From positions 59,210,001 to 59,274,000 of the forward strand of contig NC_042999.1 of the NCBI RefSeq assembly GCF_006345805.1: a stretch of DNA of 64,000 bases, read 5' to 3'. Within the stretch, counting starts at the first letter, position 1. Each line of letters starts with the position of its first letter. The notes below the pieces were generated by a model. That model was not told the DNA's origin and did no database searches. It was given only the letters and a program-made list of their open reading frames with translations. A program made the position numbers and the translations under genes. Source of the DNA: Octopus sinensis (taxonomy: Eukaryota). Below, one piece after another: positions 40,622 to 53,902 of the stretch.

Positions 40622-41199
40622 TGTATATATATATATATATTATACATTCAACATACAAATAGATGTATGCATACACATGTATGCGCATTCATATATAAAC
40701 ACACACACACACATATAGATATAGATGGATAGATACATTCATCCAGTCACCCATCCATTCATACATCCATACATACTTCTGAAATATCTATACATTTCCA
40801 TATAAAATTATGTATGTACATATGTATTCATATATGAATGAATGTATAAATACATATACCTGTTTATACATATAAAAAAAAATTTTTAACAACACAGCCG
40901 AAAATATTTTTTTAGATTTCATATATATATTCTATTGTTGTTTTGAAACAATGAAAATTTTTTCTCTCATTAAAGCATAAATTGCTCGAATTCAGAAAGC
41001 TCAATGCAGCACCGGCATACATATAAGTCATTAAAAAAAAACGAAACTACAATATTCCCCTTTTCTCATGAGTGTCGTCATTTTTAGCGACATTAGTAAG
41101 ACATTTTCGTCTCCCTCCCTCACTGCTCCCCGCTGCCTGTCTGTCCGTCTGTCTCTCTTTCTCTCTCTCTCCCTCTCTCTCTCACTCTCACTCCCTCCG

Positions 41200-41232
<33 letters not shown>

Positions 41233-41254
41233 TTGTGTATCTTTTTCTTTTTAT

Positions 41255-41460
41255 CTCTTCACGTGTTTCAGTCATTTTACTGTGGTCATACTGGGGCACC
41301 ACTAAAAAAGGTTTTTGTTGAATTGTCCCCAGGGCTTGTTTTTTCAAGCCTAGTACTTATTCTATCGGTTTCTTTTTGCCGAACCGCTAAGTTACGGGGA
41401 GGTAAATCCACCAACACCAGTTGTCAAGCGATGGTGGGGGACAAACATAGCCACAGACAT
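41255..41460 (-). mobile_element. SINE family A, 3' half
   Basis: Reverse complement of the family A 3' part (AGCCTAGTACTTATTCTATCGG...TTTGCCGAACCGCTAAG). Confidence 0.8.
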
Positions 41461-42568
41461 ACACAAACATAGATACAAACACACACATACATACATATTT
41501 ATATATATATATATATATATACATATATATGTATGTATATATTTATACATGTATTTATATATATGTATATATATATATATACACACACATATGTATACGT
41601 ATATATATATATACATGTATATACACACATATATATATAAATGTATATATACATACATATATATATATATACGTATGTATATACGTATATATATATATAC
41701 ATACACATATCTACACATATGTATATACATACATAAATATATACAAATATATACAGGCATATATACATATACATATATATATATACATATACATATATAT
41801 AAACATACATATATATACATTTATATATACATATATATATACATACATATATATACATATACAATGCGTTCTAATGAATTTTCCCACCGTCTAGGCTTAA
41901 AAAAGCCCTTGTTGTTGGATTCTTTGTCCTCTCTTTTACTGTTTTTATCTTTATTTGTACTGACTTTTCTTTATTTGTATTGCTTTTACGTCCTGTTCTT
42001 GTCACATTTTTTTAGCCCTCCGCAAATTTTTTTTATTTAATTCATTTGCGGGAAGGGCTGTTTCAGCGTAGTCGTGTTTTGCCCTTACCTTCGAAACACG
42101 CAATAAGTCGAAACAGGGGCAGCTGTTGTTTGTCTTGTACTCTGTTTTTTGTTGTTAAAAAAGTCCGTTTCCTTGTTTTGTTTCTATGTTTTCGTTTCTC
42201 GCTGTGTTCTACTTTTATTTGTGGTGTCCTGTACTCATATATGCATGTATATATACATATATATGTGCGCACATACATATATATGTGCGCATAGACGCAC
42301 ATAGAGATATAAGCATGCGCAAACAAGACATACAATAGAAATACAAAATGGCTGACAGTTAGTAAAGAGAGACACAAATAAGAAAGAAGAAAACAAAGGA
42401 CCACTGATGCTGTCATAGGAGTGTGACGAAAGAACTCTGGCTGAAATAAGATTAAGATTAATGTAAAAAATAGATAACAAAATAACACCAACTATATAGT
42501 GCGTGTGTTTTTATTGGCTAAACTGGCAAAATGACCATTCCGAAATATAACAATATATATATATATAT

Positions 42569-42687
42569 CCACGTGACCACGTGACCGACCAGACCATCAG
42601 ATGTTGTTACACATCGCTGGTCACAATGCGTTCGCATTGTTTTAGCCTTCGAATGACGCCACCGCGCTGGCTAAGCGAGCAGGCCAA
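42569..42687 (-). mobile_element. Isolated GC-rich retroposon 3'-tail-like fragment in (TA)n
   Basis: About 120 bp GC-rich island with hairpin ACAATGCG(TT)CGCATTGT and a tandem CACGTGAC end, flanked by (TA)n; strand inferred from the tandem tail. Confidence 0.45.
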
Positions 42688-42695
42688 TATATATA

Positions 42696-42740
<45 letters not shown>

Positions 42741-42744
42741 TATA

Positions 42745-43319
42745 TATAAATTTATAAATAAGGGTGAAAATTGATATTAATTTAACAATACCATTAATTT
42801 AACACCGAGTGGCTTAGCACAAAAAACTAGTGAGAAAATACAAATTTATACATAAATTATTAGAGAGTTACCACTATGTGGATAGCTCTAGTGCTAAAAA
42901 TAGCTCCGAAAGTATAGCCACAGAAATGATGTTTCCAACTAGAAATAACATTACGGTTAACGGAAGGAAAGTGAAACATAACGAATAAATAGATTGACCC
43001 TGAACAATTGTTTCATTACTAATGTAATATGTAATTTTACTTACATAAACATCTATAAATCATCAGCAGAGGTTTGTCTTAAATACAATTTATTAGACCA
43101 ATACGAGCGTCAATTACACGTGCGGTTTAACCAATTGCATTTTTAGTTATGCCTCAAAATTCCCCGCGAAAGGCATGCTAAGACTCGTTGGAAACGTATG
43201 CTGCATCAAATAAAATATTTACTGCCGCATAATTATAAATTTATAAATGAGGGTGAAAAATTGATATTAATTTAATAATACCATTAATTTAACACCGAGT
43301 GGCTTAGCACAAAAAACTA
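42745..43319 (-). mobile_element. Retrozyme-like / pLTR-like element, ~490-nt unit with ~85-nt terminal redundancy
   Basis: Direct repeats 42745-42829 and 43234-43319, (TA)n on both sides, hammerhead motif in the middle on the minus strand. Confidence 0.75.
42998..43071 (-). ncRNA. Type I hammerhead ribozyme motif
   Basis: Minus strand CTCTG-CTGATGA-[long stem II with TATGTAA/TTACATA, mismatched at its base]-GAAA-CAATTG-TT-CAGGG; palindromic stem III, GUU site. Confidence 0.75.
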
Positions 43320-43462
43320 TGTATATATATGTATATATATATACATATATATATATATAATATATATATATATGTATGTATAAGGTGGAAAAGGAACACA
43401 CGGTTGATATATATGAAAAAACAAGTCAAAAATAGAAAATGCTAAAATAATTTTATAGTGAA

Positions 43463-43510
43463 CATTTCAGTACCGGTTTCGGTCATTTTGAGACCTTTTC
43501 AACTGTAACG
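43463..43510 (-). ncRNA. Minimal hammerhead ribozyme variant with U3:A8 core
   Basis: Minus strand CGTTACAG-TTGAAAA-GGTC(TCAAAAT)GACC-GAAA-CCGG-TA-CTGAAATG. Confidence 0.7.
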
Positions 43511-44204
43511 ATTAAATAATTAAATTTAGAAAAATTAGAAGAAAAGTTTTTTTAAAAGAATATTTCTATAGTAGTGTTCAGATTTAAGTGGCATTCTGCC
43601 TTTCTCTGACTCCCTTGTATGCACTTGTGTGTTGGAGGTCGTTGTGAGTTCTTGGTAGGGTAGTAGAGGAAGAAGGCTGGTGATGAAAGGGGGTGGGAGA
43701 ATCTGGGAGTGCCCTGATGGTCGTATTTTGAATGGTCAGTGGCGGCTGGCAGTCTCAGTTCAATTCAGGAGAATATTTATATTGACAGGCTTGTTTATAG
43801 AATTAGCGTAGGTGTTATACTAAAAAACATTAGTGACAAAGTTAAGGGGTAGGAGGTGGAGAAGTAGAAGAAGAAGAAGAAGAAGATGACGATGTTGATG
43901 ATGATGATGATGAAGAAGAAGAAGGAGAAGATGACGATGATGGTGATGGTGGTGATGATTATGACGACGATGATGATGATAATGATGATGATGATGATCA
44001 GGGCACTCCCAGATTCTCCCACCCCCTTTCATCACCAGCCTTCTTCCTCTACTACCCTACCAAGAACTCACAACGACATCCAACACACAAGTGCAAACAA
44101 GGGAGTCAGAGAAAGGCAGAATGTCACTTAAATCTGAACACTACTATAGAAATATTCTTTTAAAAAAACTTTTCTTCTAATTTTTCTAAATTTAATTATT
44201 TAAT

Positions 44205-44252
44205 CGTTACAGTTGAAAAGGTCTCAAAATGACCGGAACCGGTACTGAAATG
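44205..44252 (+). ncRNA. Inverted copy of the U3:A8 hammerhead variant, GAAA mutated to GGAA
   Basis: CGTTACAG-TTGAAAA-GGTC..GACC-GGAA-CCGG-TA-CTGAAATG. Confidence 0.55.
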
Positions 44253-44314
44253 TTCACTATAAAATTATTTTAGCATTTTCTATTTTTGACTTGTTTTTTC
44301 ATATATATATATAT

Positions 44315-44369
<55 letters not shown>

Positions 44370-45546
44370 TTTCATAGATATTTATCCATTTTATTCTAGT
44401 TAGTTTACATGCGTTTCCCAAAAATTCGGAGAAAGAGTTCCTAACACAAACTTTGTTGAAAACATGTTTCAACTAACTAAACAGACAAGGAATTGTAGGT
44501 TGTTTTGGAGAAAACGTAAAACGTGTCTACAAGGCGAATCCTAGAAGAAAGAAATATGAAATGTAACACAAGATGTTACTAAACTTCTATGATGAAAACT
44601 AAGACGTGTAAGAGATTTCCCCTCTTCCTATCACTATATCTCTCTTCCTCTCCTTCTTCTCTCCACTTTCAAGGATAATGAAAATAGAAAAATCGATCGC
44701 ATTTAAGCCTCATTTTTAGTTTTAATTTTAATTTTAAAATTTAATACTAATTTTAACTTTAGATGACTCTGAGAGTTTCCTCTCCTTGCCTCCTTGCCTC
44801 TATCTCCTTTTCCTTAAAAGAGAGAGCAATAACAAAACGAAACGCAACTGAAGAGGAAAATCGATCGTATTTAATTCTTAAACCTTCCAAACGTAGACTA
44901 AAGAATTTCATATTTACAAGTTATATTATACTGACAAGTCCAGAATAATGGGCGAAATAGCACAATCAACAAGTACTAAAACTATAGGGATATTCCAATA
45001 AATGAAGTTTATGAAAATATGGAAACACCATATATTTTTTCACTCATAGGAAAAAGACCGCTCAAGATAAGGAAAGAAAAACAACAAAAGATACAAACGT
45101 TAAAGTCGTTCCCACGCCTTAAGGAGAATATTCTCCCTCTCTGTCATCTCATTGTGTCATTCGCTCTCAGGCTCAGTAAGCAACTATGTGCAGGAACAGC
45201 TCTAGTCCCAGTTAAGAAATCACGTATATAGGCGCAAGATTGACTGTGTGGTAATACACGCGTATTGATATCTGTGAATGTGTGTAGATGTATGCAAGTG
45301 TGAGTCTGTGTCTGCTTGTGTATGTGTATGTTTGTGTGCGCTTACGTGTCTGTGTGCACGCATGTGCAAAATGTAACCGTCTTGAAACTCTCAAACTCTA
45401 ATAAAACTGAACAAACGACCTTCGTATCTCCTAAATTATTTATGCTAACTTAATTCGTTCACATTTATTGGGTGCCAAGTTGATATTACTAAAATATTCC
45501 AGTGCCTTCATCCATGCATACATAAGCAGTACTTACTCTACATGTA

Positions 45547-45628
<82 letters not shown>

Positions 45629-45756
45629 TATATATATATATATGCATATTTATATATATATATACATATTTATATCTGTATTATATATATATACACACAT
45701 ATATATATATATATGTATATATATATAAATATATATATATATAAATATATATATCC

Positions 45757-46381
45757 TTACTTTGATACTTTGATAGGTTTCGGCCATTATTGGCCCAGGC
45801 CATGTCTAACTTAATAGCACCACCTGGTGAAGTCTTTCAAGTCAGAATTTGGGCACTATGGCCCACTCAAGTAGAGAGTTATTGTTTACAGAGACATATC
45901 CGGGTGTAGGGGGTTTATCCGGGATTTCTTGAAGGAATCTGTCCAAAGACGTCTTGAACCCTATAGGGTCAGTTTCTATTTTAATGTGTTTTTGTGTAAT
46001 GTTAAAGAGAGCGGGGCCAATTGAGGTGAAATAATTGTGCCGTATTGTTGTTATGAGATGAGAGTGCGATTTTTGTTTTGGGCGGATGGCACGGGGCCCA
46101 AGCCTTGGATGTACCTTAAAGGTGATGCCAACATCATTTGGGCAATGCTGATGGAATATTTTCCACATCATGCAGATGATGTAGCGCTCACGACGACGTT
46201 GGAGAGAATAGAGTTTTAGCTTTTCTAGTCGACCCCAATAGTCGAGGCCTGTCATGCCATCTATCTTTTTGTGATTGCCCTTTGAGGTGCTTCAAATTTT
46301 ATGATACCTTGTATTGTGTGGGGAGACCACAGTGGACAACAGTATTCAAGGTGGGGTCGGGCAAAAGTGGAGAAGAGAAGG
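45757..46381 (-). mobile_element. CR1/L2-group LINE 3' end
   Basis: Minus strand [20 protein letters not shown]...EAPQRAITK and LDYWGRLEKLKLYSLQRRRERY (ORF 45842-46255); short tandem tail near 45760. Confidence 0.85.
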
Positions 46382-46417
46382 ATATATATGTATATATATA
46401 TATAAATATATATGTAT

Positions 46418-46450
<33 letters not shown>

Positions 46451-46499
46451 AATATATATATATAATATAAATTATATATATATATATATAATATATATG

Positions 46500-46531
<32 letters not shown>

Positions 46532-46626
46532 TATGTATATATATATATGTATATATATATATAAATATATATGTATATATATATATATAAATGTATATGT
46601 ATATATATATATAAATATATATAAGT

Positions 46627-46657
<31 letters not shown>

Positions 46658-47035
46658 ATTTTTTGGGAAAATTTTCGGTGAAAATTTTCGAAAAATTTTT
46701 GGTGACAATTTTCGAAAAATTTTTGGGTAAAATTATCGGTGAAAATTTTCAGAATATTTTTGGGGAAAATTTCCGTGAAAATTTTCGAAAAAGTTTTGGG
46801 GGACAATTTTCGAAAAATTTTTGGGAAATTCTCGAAAAATTTTTGGGTAAAATTCTCGGTGAAAATTTTCGAAAAATTTTGAGATAAAATTTTCAGTGAA
46901 AATTTTCGAAAAATTTTTGGGGAAAATTTTCGGCAAAAATTTCGAAAAATTTTTGGATAAAATTTTTGGTGAAAATTTTCGCAGTTTTTGGGGAAAATTT
47001 TCGGTGAAAATTTTGGAAAACGTTTTGGGAAAAAA
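46658..47035. repeat. A/T-tract minisatellite built on GAAAATTTTC / TTTTCGAAAA palindromes (unit about 23-37 bp)
   Basis: Repeated GGGAAAATTTTCGGTGAAAATTTTCGAAAAATTTTT variants. Confidence 0.9.
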
Positions 47036-47286
47036 CTCCACAGAAACCTAAATCTAACGAAGAATTGTTTCGATTGTCGCGTGAAAATGGGCAGAAATTC
47101 CACAAGGGACAATCACAAAGCTCATCAGTTCAATGCCAAAAAGAGATTCTGAATTTAAAAAAGGGAATATCAACTAAATACTAAAGAATGTTGTCTTACC
47201 TATCTATTACATTTCAATTGTTCATTTTGCATGTTAAATAAAACTTTTTGAAAATTAAAGGTGTCTATTTACATCTGGCATGTCTG
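47030..47286 (+). mobile_element. Tc1 transposon, 3' part (probable continuation of 38797-39785)
   Basis: Encodes, with frameshifts, [11 protein letters not shown]...[19 protein letters not shown]...KGISTKY*; right end TAAAGGTGTCTATTTACATCTGGCATGTCTG|TA is the inverted match of the TIR at 38797. Confidence 0.8.
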
Positions 47287-48146
47287 TATATATATATATA
47301 TATATATGCAACTATGCAAATAATATTGAGTTTTCTTTGTAATCACTATTATAAAAAGTAATAAAGTAGTTTTTGTGAGGTTAATACACCTGCCTAAAAT
47401 AGCAGTCTAATGTACTTCTAATCACACTCCACCGTTTTAAAAATAGAAGTGCCCGTGGATCGTCCTTCTTTATGCACCTTTTTTTCAATAAGTAACTTTT
47501 GTATCTTGTTCCAGTCCCAGACCGCTGAGAGGTTTACAGAAAGTAATCCTCAAACCATAGACACAGCCCAAATGCTTGCAATCAAAAGACGACAAAGAAT
47601 CAGAAGATAGGCATCAAAAATTCTCCGAACTCAATGAATTGGAACGTTTACCTGTCAACACACTACACTGGAATACTTGAGTTTATCATGTCAGAAAAAA
47701 TAAAAAGCCAAACTTCTTGAACGAGATTTGCATTGAATATGAAGTAGGCTGGAACAAATGCCGCAAAGTGATTTTATTCTTTCTTCGGCCTAGGACTACC
47801 ATAGCTGCCATGTCTTTCATAACAGGCCTACATGACAAATACACAGCTACCTAGTTCTTAGGTGTCCTTATCGAAGATCATATTGGTCGTTCTTTTTCTG
47901 AGGAGGTTAATCCTCAGATATGCCTATCGATTTTCAAATGTCTCAACAACAATTTTATGGAATTACTCACAAGAAAGACAGATCGGTCATGGAAAGAATA
48001 ACGTTACTGGTAGAGTGACTCTGTAGAATAACTTTACTGGTAGATTGACTGTAGATTGACTCAGGGTACATTGACTCTGTTTAAAGTTGAACAAAACAAC
48101 GATGACGTCAACAGCAATAAGAACAACAAACGTAGCAGCAGTAGCA

Positions 48147-48511
48147 GTGGAGGTGCAATGGCCCAATGGTTAGGGCAGCGGACTCGCGGTCGGTTTCGAT
48201 TCCCAGACCGGGCGTTGTGTTTTTTTATTGAGCGAAAACACCTAAAACTCCACGAGGTTCCGGCAGGGGGTTGTGGTGACCCCTGTTGTACTCTTTCGCT
48301 CTAACTTTCTCTCACTCTTTCTTCCTGTTTCTTGTCCCCGTCTTCCTACGCAATCGCTGAACCTGGATGCGCATTCATCCTTCCGTCGATGCTCTCGGTG
48401 CCGGGCGTTGACCTGCGTTAACCTCTGCGGGTCTTACGAATAGTATAGGACCATGTTTCGGACTTCTCCCATTGGGACGAAGACCGCTTCGCTCAACAAA
48501 CAAACAAACAA
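48147..48511 (+). mobile_element. SINE family C with alternative tail and 13-bp TSD
   Basis: Head and body as 5251-5568 up to TTTCTTCCTGTTTCTTG, then an unrelated tail ending in (CAAA)n; TSD AGCAGCAGTAGCA at 48134-48146 and 48512-48524. Confidence 0.9.
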
Positions 48512-50249
48512 AGCAGCAGTAGCAACATTAACAAACCGGAAATGCCATAGGTTACCGACCAATTCATATAAAAATTCAATTTATACCAAGCACGTTTTAC
48601 CAGAGGCAAAATTTAAACACTGGAACTCGATAATATGTTTAATGAATGACAATTAGTGTATCCCTGTTTGCATTGATGTATATTTAAATGTATATTTAGT
48701 CTCTCATATTTACTAATTACCAAGGTTCTCACTAATACCCAACTTTTACGAATTTGTGGAGACAACAACAAATCGTGAAACTTGACAAGATTCGAACCGT
48801 CGACGGGTGTACAAATAACACGGCTCACTACGACACCCAGCTTTATTAGATGCACTGAAACATATAAAATTTACTGTTTCCAAAAAAAGAATCTATAATA
48901 ACAGAGAAAGTTTAATATCAAAGCAATTGGGCTTTAGTGCTTCTGAAATCTGAACGTTACGAGAAATATTGAAAAAATGCAACATAAATGTTTTATTCTA
49001 ATTCCTTCAGAAATTTAAGTTCTTTCTCATTATGCAATTCGTCAAAGCAGTCTTTATCAATAAACGTTGCTATTACGTTCCTCAATAAAAGGAATCGTAT
49101 TTAATTTCGTAATAAATGCGGTAAATATATGCTTCATGTTTTATCTTCCTGATTTATTAACGACATTCACATATTGCTGATTTAAGATGAATTTTTTAGC
49201 AATATCATTAAGACATCAAGAATTCAACGACCGGAACCAGATGCAAAAAGAAAATTTACCATAGGTGTTTTTTTTTTCTACAAATGATATTAAGAAACGT
49301 AGCTGCTCATGTATGTTTGGCAATGAGCAGAGTTGCACATGTATTACATAACAATGAAAAGAGATTAGGAAATTATTGTAATAAGAATGAGGAAAGGGGC
49401 TTTATGTGGTCCACCGATCTACTAGAAATAACCAAAAGTTTCCGACGGTAAAAAGTAGAGCAGATGAACACATTGATAATATAGTTGTAGAGATAAAAAT
49501 GACTAGGCCATAACCGGAATGTTTTGATCAGAGTTATACTCAGTTTAATATGATTTGGGACAAAACAACAACCAAATGGAATATTGCGAGATCCTGAAAA
49601 AAATTGATTTCTATTGGAATCATGTTAGAAGTTTCAAAGGGATAAACCAGAATAAAGGCACTGGTGTTTTGCCCCTCTTTTAAAACGGAAGAATCATAAT
49701 AGCTATTGGAGACAGACACTTGCGATGAGAATGTAAATCGCAAACTTAGAAATTTCCGTCAGATCACAAAATAGCAAAATCTGAGAGATACCGTAAGAAC
49801 TAGTCAATATCAGACTTCCAGTTGATTCAAAGTGTTCCATGTGGTTGATGTACGATGAAATTCTTTGATACATTATAGTAAATACACTGCTGTCGAAAAC
49901 AGATAAATAAGCAACATATTCGTGTGACAAATAGTCGTCCGAGTGTTTTAATAATTTAGACAGATTAAATGATCTCCGCTCATGATCTTGTAAGTCCTTT
50001 CGATATTACTGAGAGCAATGTCGATGTTCGTCATGAACAAATGGATGAGGTTAATTGCACTGAAGATAGGATAGCGTTGAGGGTTAGAAGGATTCAGAAA
50101 AAATGGGGTACGTCTTGGAAGAGATATTTAACCATAATGTTGATTTTTTTTATCAGAATGTCCGAGAAATAAGGGTTGTTGTAAAACCAAGAGAAAAGAC
50201 AGAGCGAAGAGACAACCTGTATGTAGAATATAATTAGATATGTGTTGTT

Positions 50250-50960
50250 AACTTGCACTGCGAATTAATCAGATGATTTCTTATAAAATTATATAATCTT
50301 GTATGTTTGGGTATCCCAAGAGGATCATCGTACTCTACGTAGGAACAGCATTCCAAAATCCATCTTGCAGCAAGCGTTAGGAGTTAAAAGATTTTCTTGT
50401 GAAGAGGAAGGAAAGTATTAGTTGCGCATTATTAGCGATGTTGTGAATGTGACGGTGCCAGGAAAAACCGTCAAGGACTTTTTAGGCTTTACATTCGTAG
50501 CAACGTTTTGGGCCTCGTAGCAATTGTCTAAATTTATAGAGGAGGCATATAGTTGTATGGTGATTACTGTGCTTGTGCTGTAGAACGAGACAATATTGAC
50601 CAAATATGCCCGTTCATGACTGTTTGCGAAATCTCTGTCATAGAAATTCTACGCATCTAAAATGAAGAGTTCAGGTTGCATACAGATGAAACCAATGTGT
50701 AGAAAATAAGGAGGTTAGAGGTGTGTTATAATTTTCATAGGCGTGATCGTGGTTGGAAATAATTGGCTGGAAAAGGGGAAGCGTAGGGATTATAAACAAG
50801 TTTTGGGGCACACGAGAATTGATATAATACGGGATAGAAAAAGTTCCATCACTGCATGCCATAATTGTACGATTTTAGAGGAAACTCTTCATTCAAGTGT
50901 CTAGAGACGGTTGGAGAGAAAATGCATCCAGTCGGGCCTGATAAATACTTAGCTGAAGTT
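50250..50960 (-). mobile_element. Old decayed LINE RT fragment
   Basis: ORF 50671-50862(-) DGTFSIPYYINSRVPQ resembles the RT motif INSGVPQGS; boundaries approximate. Confidence 0.4.
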
Positions 50961-52321
50961 TTTTTCAAAATCTTACAGTTACCCGGAACCGCGATTGGGT
51001 GAAAGAGGAGAGCAAGTATCCACTAAATTTGACTTTGCAGAATCTAGATTTATGATTAAGGAAAAAGAAAGATAGAAAGACTCAAATAATTGTGAAGGTG
51101 GATTTGAACGGCATTTTCCATCACCATTGAGATGTTGGAAATGAGAGCCAAGCCATAGATCAATAGTTGGCAGGTTTAACAATGTGATTTTTGTTTTTCA
51201 GTTTCTACTCGCGATCTCAGTTGAAGTAACTCATCAAATAAACTACAACTCCGAAATTTTATTCATTTTTACTTATCTTTATTCATTTTTCTTTTTTTTT
51301 TAACTGATCACATAACGTTAGGAAAATTGATGGTTTGGCAAATATGTTCAAGACCAACACTGCGTATAATTTATATACAAAAACATCGAAAACATTTTCA
51401 GATATGTAATGATTATGATCTCGGAACGAATAAGTTTCAGAGAGAAAGAGAGAGAGAGGAGGGAGTCAGAGAAGGAGAGAGAGAGAGATAGAAAGAGAGC
51501 AATTCTATTAGCTGATCTAACATGTGAAAGGAACAATAGGGTTTATATCGATTCGACCTCATATCATTCACTCGCTGCCTGGTTATCAGAAGCTATTTAT
51601 GTGATTTCCACCGCTTCTAGTTTCATAATCGATTCTCAGGATATATTGTCGATATTTGTACAAAAGGTGAATTAGTTTTGGGTAATTATATTTTATTATC
51701 TAGAAATCGAATCTAATGTGACAGGAAAATACGTTTCAACATTTTGCATTTCAATTGACGAATTCGATGGTGTAACGATAAAAGTGTACAGTTGATTACT
51801 ATAACTTCAACCCAAACAAATTATCATATACATACGCACACATATCCACGCACCACACATAACACACATACACACACACACGCACACACATACGCACTCA
51901 TACACATACATACGCACACTCACGCTTGCACATTTACATGAATGTTTTGCTCTAACAGGGAGGCCGATTAACCGAAAAATATCTCACTGCTGTATGGTAG
52001 AGTGGAATGAAATTTATTCCTCGAATAATTTCAGTTAGACACAACCTACATTTTCCGTTTCCGCGTCAGCAGGCGACCAGTGCTAATCTGCGTTTCAGTT
52101 ATATCTCTAATTGGGAAACTTGAGAACCATTCTAAATGGGCAACAATAATGTCGCGCTTAACTCGTAAAACAGCAATATCGATTTCGAATAAAAGTAAAA
52201 AATACAAAGATACCAATATACATGTATACATATAAACGTACGTACATAGAAATACACAAGCTGTAAGCTGAACATAAAGAATATAGAAGACTTCTCTCAA
52301 GTTCAAAATGTAATATTGTTA

Positions 52322-52692
52322 ACTAGCACTATGACCCGGCATTGACGGATCATGGTGCTAGTGCATGCATACACAGCTGCGTGCGTGCGCACATACACGC
52401 GCGTACTGTCCAGATCTCCGACCAATCACATGCAGCTAGCTGGGATTCAACTGGCGTATCAAGTTTCGGGCATTTTGATTGGGTTTTGGATACAAAATTC
52501 ACAAAAATGTCACTTCTATTGATATTTTAATGGCTTTGCGGGGAGACTGGGGAAATGTAAAGATGTGCACGACCACCCTTGGACAGTTTTAAACGACCAT
52601 AGAAAGTACGAGCCCTCTAACTGAAAAATTGTGGATTTGTATAAAGCATACACACACACACACAGACATTTTGCTGTTTATATATAGAGAGA
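52322..52692 (-). mobile_element. Second non-autonomous Helitron-like element
   Basis: CTAG terminus inside hairpin ACTAGCACTATGA...TCATGGTGCTAGT; opposite end (CA)n-CAGACA...TTTATATATAGAGA as in 20785-21602. Confidence 0.65.
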
Positions 52693-52846
52693 TGTGATCT
52701 ACTTCTAACGACGGAGCTTTGCATCTTTATTAGAAAGCAGCTTCCTGATATATAACAAATAACTAAAAACGGAAAGAAACATAGGCGTGCACACATACAT
52801 ATTCATACATCCAAGCGAACATACATACAGACACATACATACATAT

Positions 52847-53061
52847 GCAGGGGTGCTGAAAAGTTCCTTGCTCGAAGGGTATCGTTAAAGGCCTGGTTGG
52901 AGACCCAACCTACCAAGTTCTATTACAGGCTTCGAAAACCTGAACGAACCCCTGCAATAACTGTGTGAATCTGAGAGGGAATGGGCTGAATAAAACCTTA
53001 ATTAACGGATCCTCCTACATTTTCTTTTACTCAAACTCAAGAACTTTCCAGCAACCCCTCG
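52847..53061. mobile_element. Mariner-derived MITE
   Basis: TIRs AGGGGTGCTGAAAAGTTC / GAACTTTCCAGCAACCCCT. Confidence 0.7.
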
Positions 53062-53134
53062 TGTATGTGTGTGTGTGTGTGTGTATATGTATGTATGTTC
53101 GTATGTATGTGTGCGTATGTATGTATGTGCCAAA

Positions 53135-53495
53135 TTGTTAGTTATTTTATCGGCTTCGAAACGATAAAAGGCAATGTCGACATCAGCGTAATTTGAACTC
53201 AGAGCATAAAGACCGACAAAATGTTGTTAAGCATTTTTGCCAGCGCGCTAACCATTTCGCTAGGTGGCCGCCTTACAATTTTGTAGAAATATTCCTTTCT
53301 ACAATGCCGGAAAATTTTGAGGATAGGGGATATGCGATAACATCGAATCCAGTACTCAAATAGTACTCATTTTATCGAGCCCGAAACTATGACGTGCAAA
53401 GTCGACTTCCGCGGAATTTGAACTCGGAACGTAAACACGGACGAAATGCCGCTAAGCCTTTTGTCCGGTGCGATAACGATTCTGACAGCTCTCGC
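53135..53495 (-). mobile_element. Two degenerate family B SINE copies
   Basis: Reverse-complement central domain and TTTGAACTC B box occur twice. Confidence 0.7.
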
Positions 53496-53856
53496 ACTAC
53501 AGTTATGAAAATATGAGAAACTAAACAATAACGGTTAAATAGAAATGAATATATTAAAACAAATTTGTGAAGGTGTCTCTATTACGACTGAGAACATCTG
53601 AAATCAAAAGATATCATATTCAGAGGTAATTGGGATATTTGGTAGTTATGATTAAGGCTGAGATTGGTCAAGAGGTATGATGATTTATTATTGTAAACAA
53701 GTATGTCTGGTTTGCTTTGAGATCGACGTACAAAACGAGCAATTAAATATATGTCAGGATGTTAATTACTCATTTATAATGGAAGAGAAAGTAAATTTTG
53801 ATTTTCACGAATACTTGAGGATAGGAATATATGTGCGTATATGAGTGTTCATATGA

Positions 53857-53902
<46 letters not shown>

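Larger units (their letters stand above)
43382..44300. mobile_element. Fold-back element with 304-bp inverted arms (Penelope-like pLTR inversion)
   Basis: Arms 43415-43718 / 43997-44300 are nearly identical; spacer is unique sequence plus (GAA/GAT)n; (TA)n on both sides. Confidence 0.85.

Noticed and set aside
42569-42687. HDV-like or twister ribozyme in the GC-rich island
   Set aside because: I could not build the required pseudoknot pairings by hand; kept only as a retroposon tail-like fragment.
46261-47112. 283-aa ORF on the minus strand
   Set aside because: Chance read-through of a minisatellite and (TA)n joined to a CR1 fragment.
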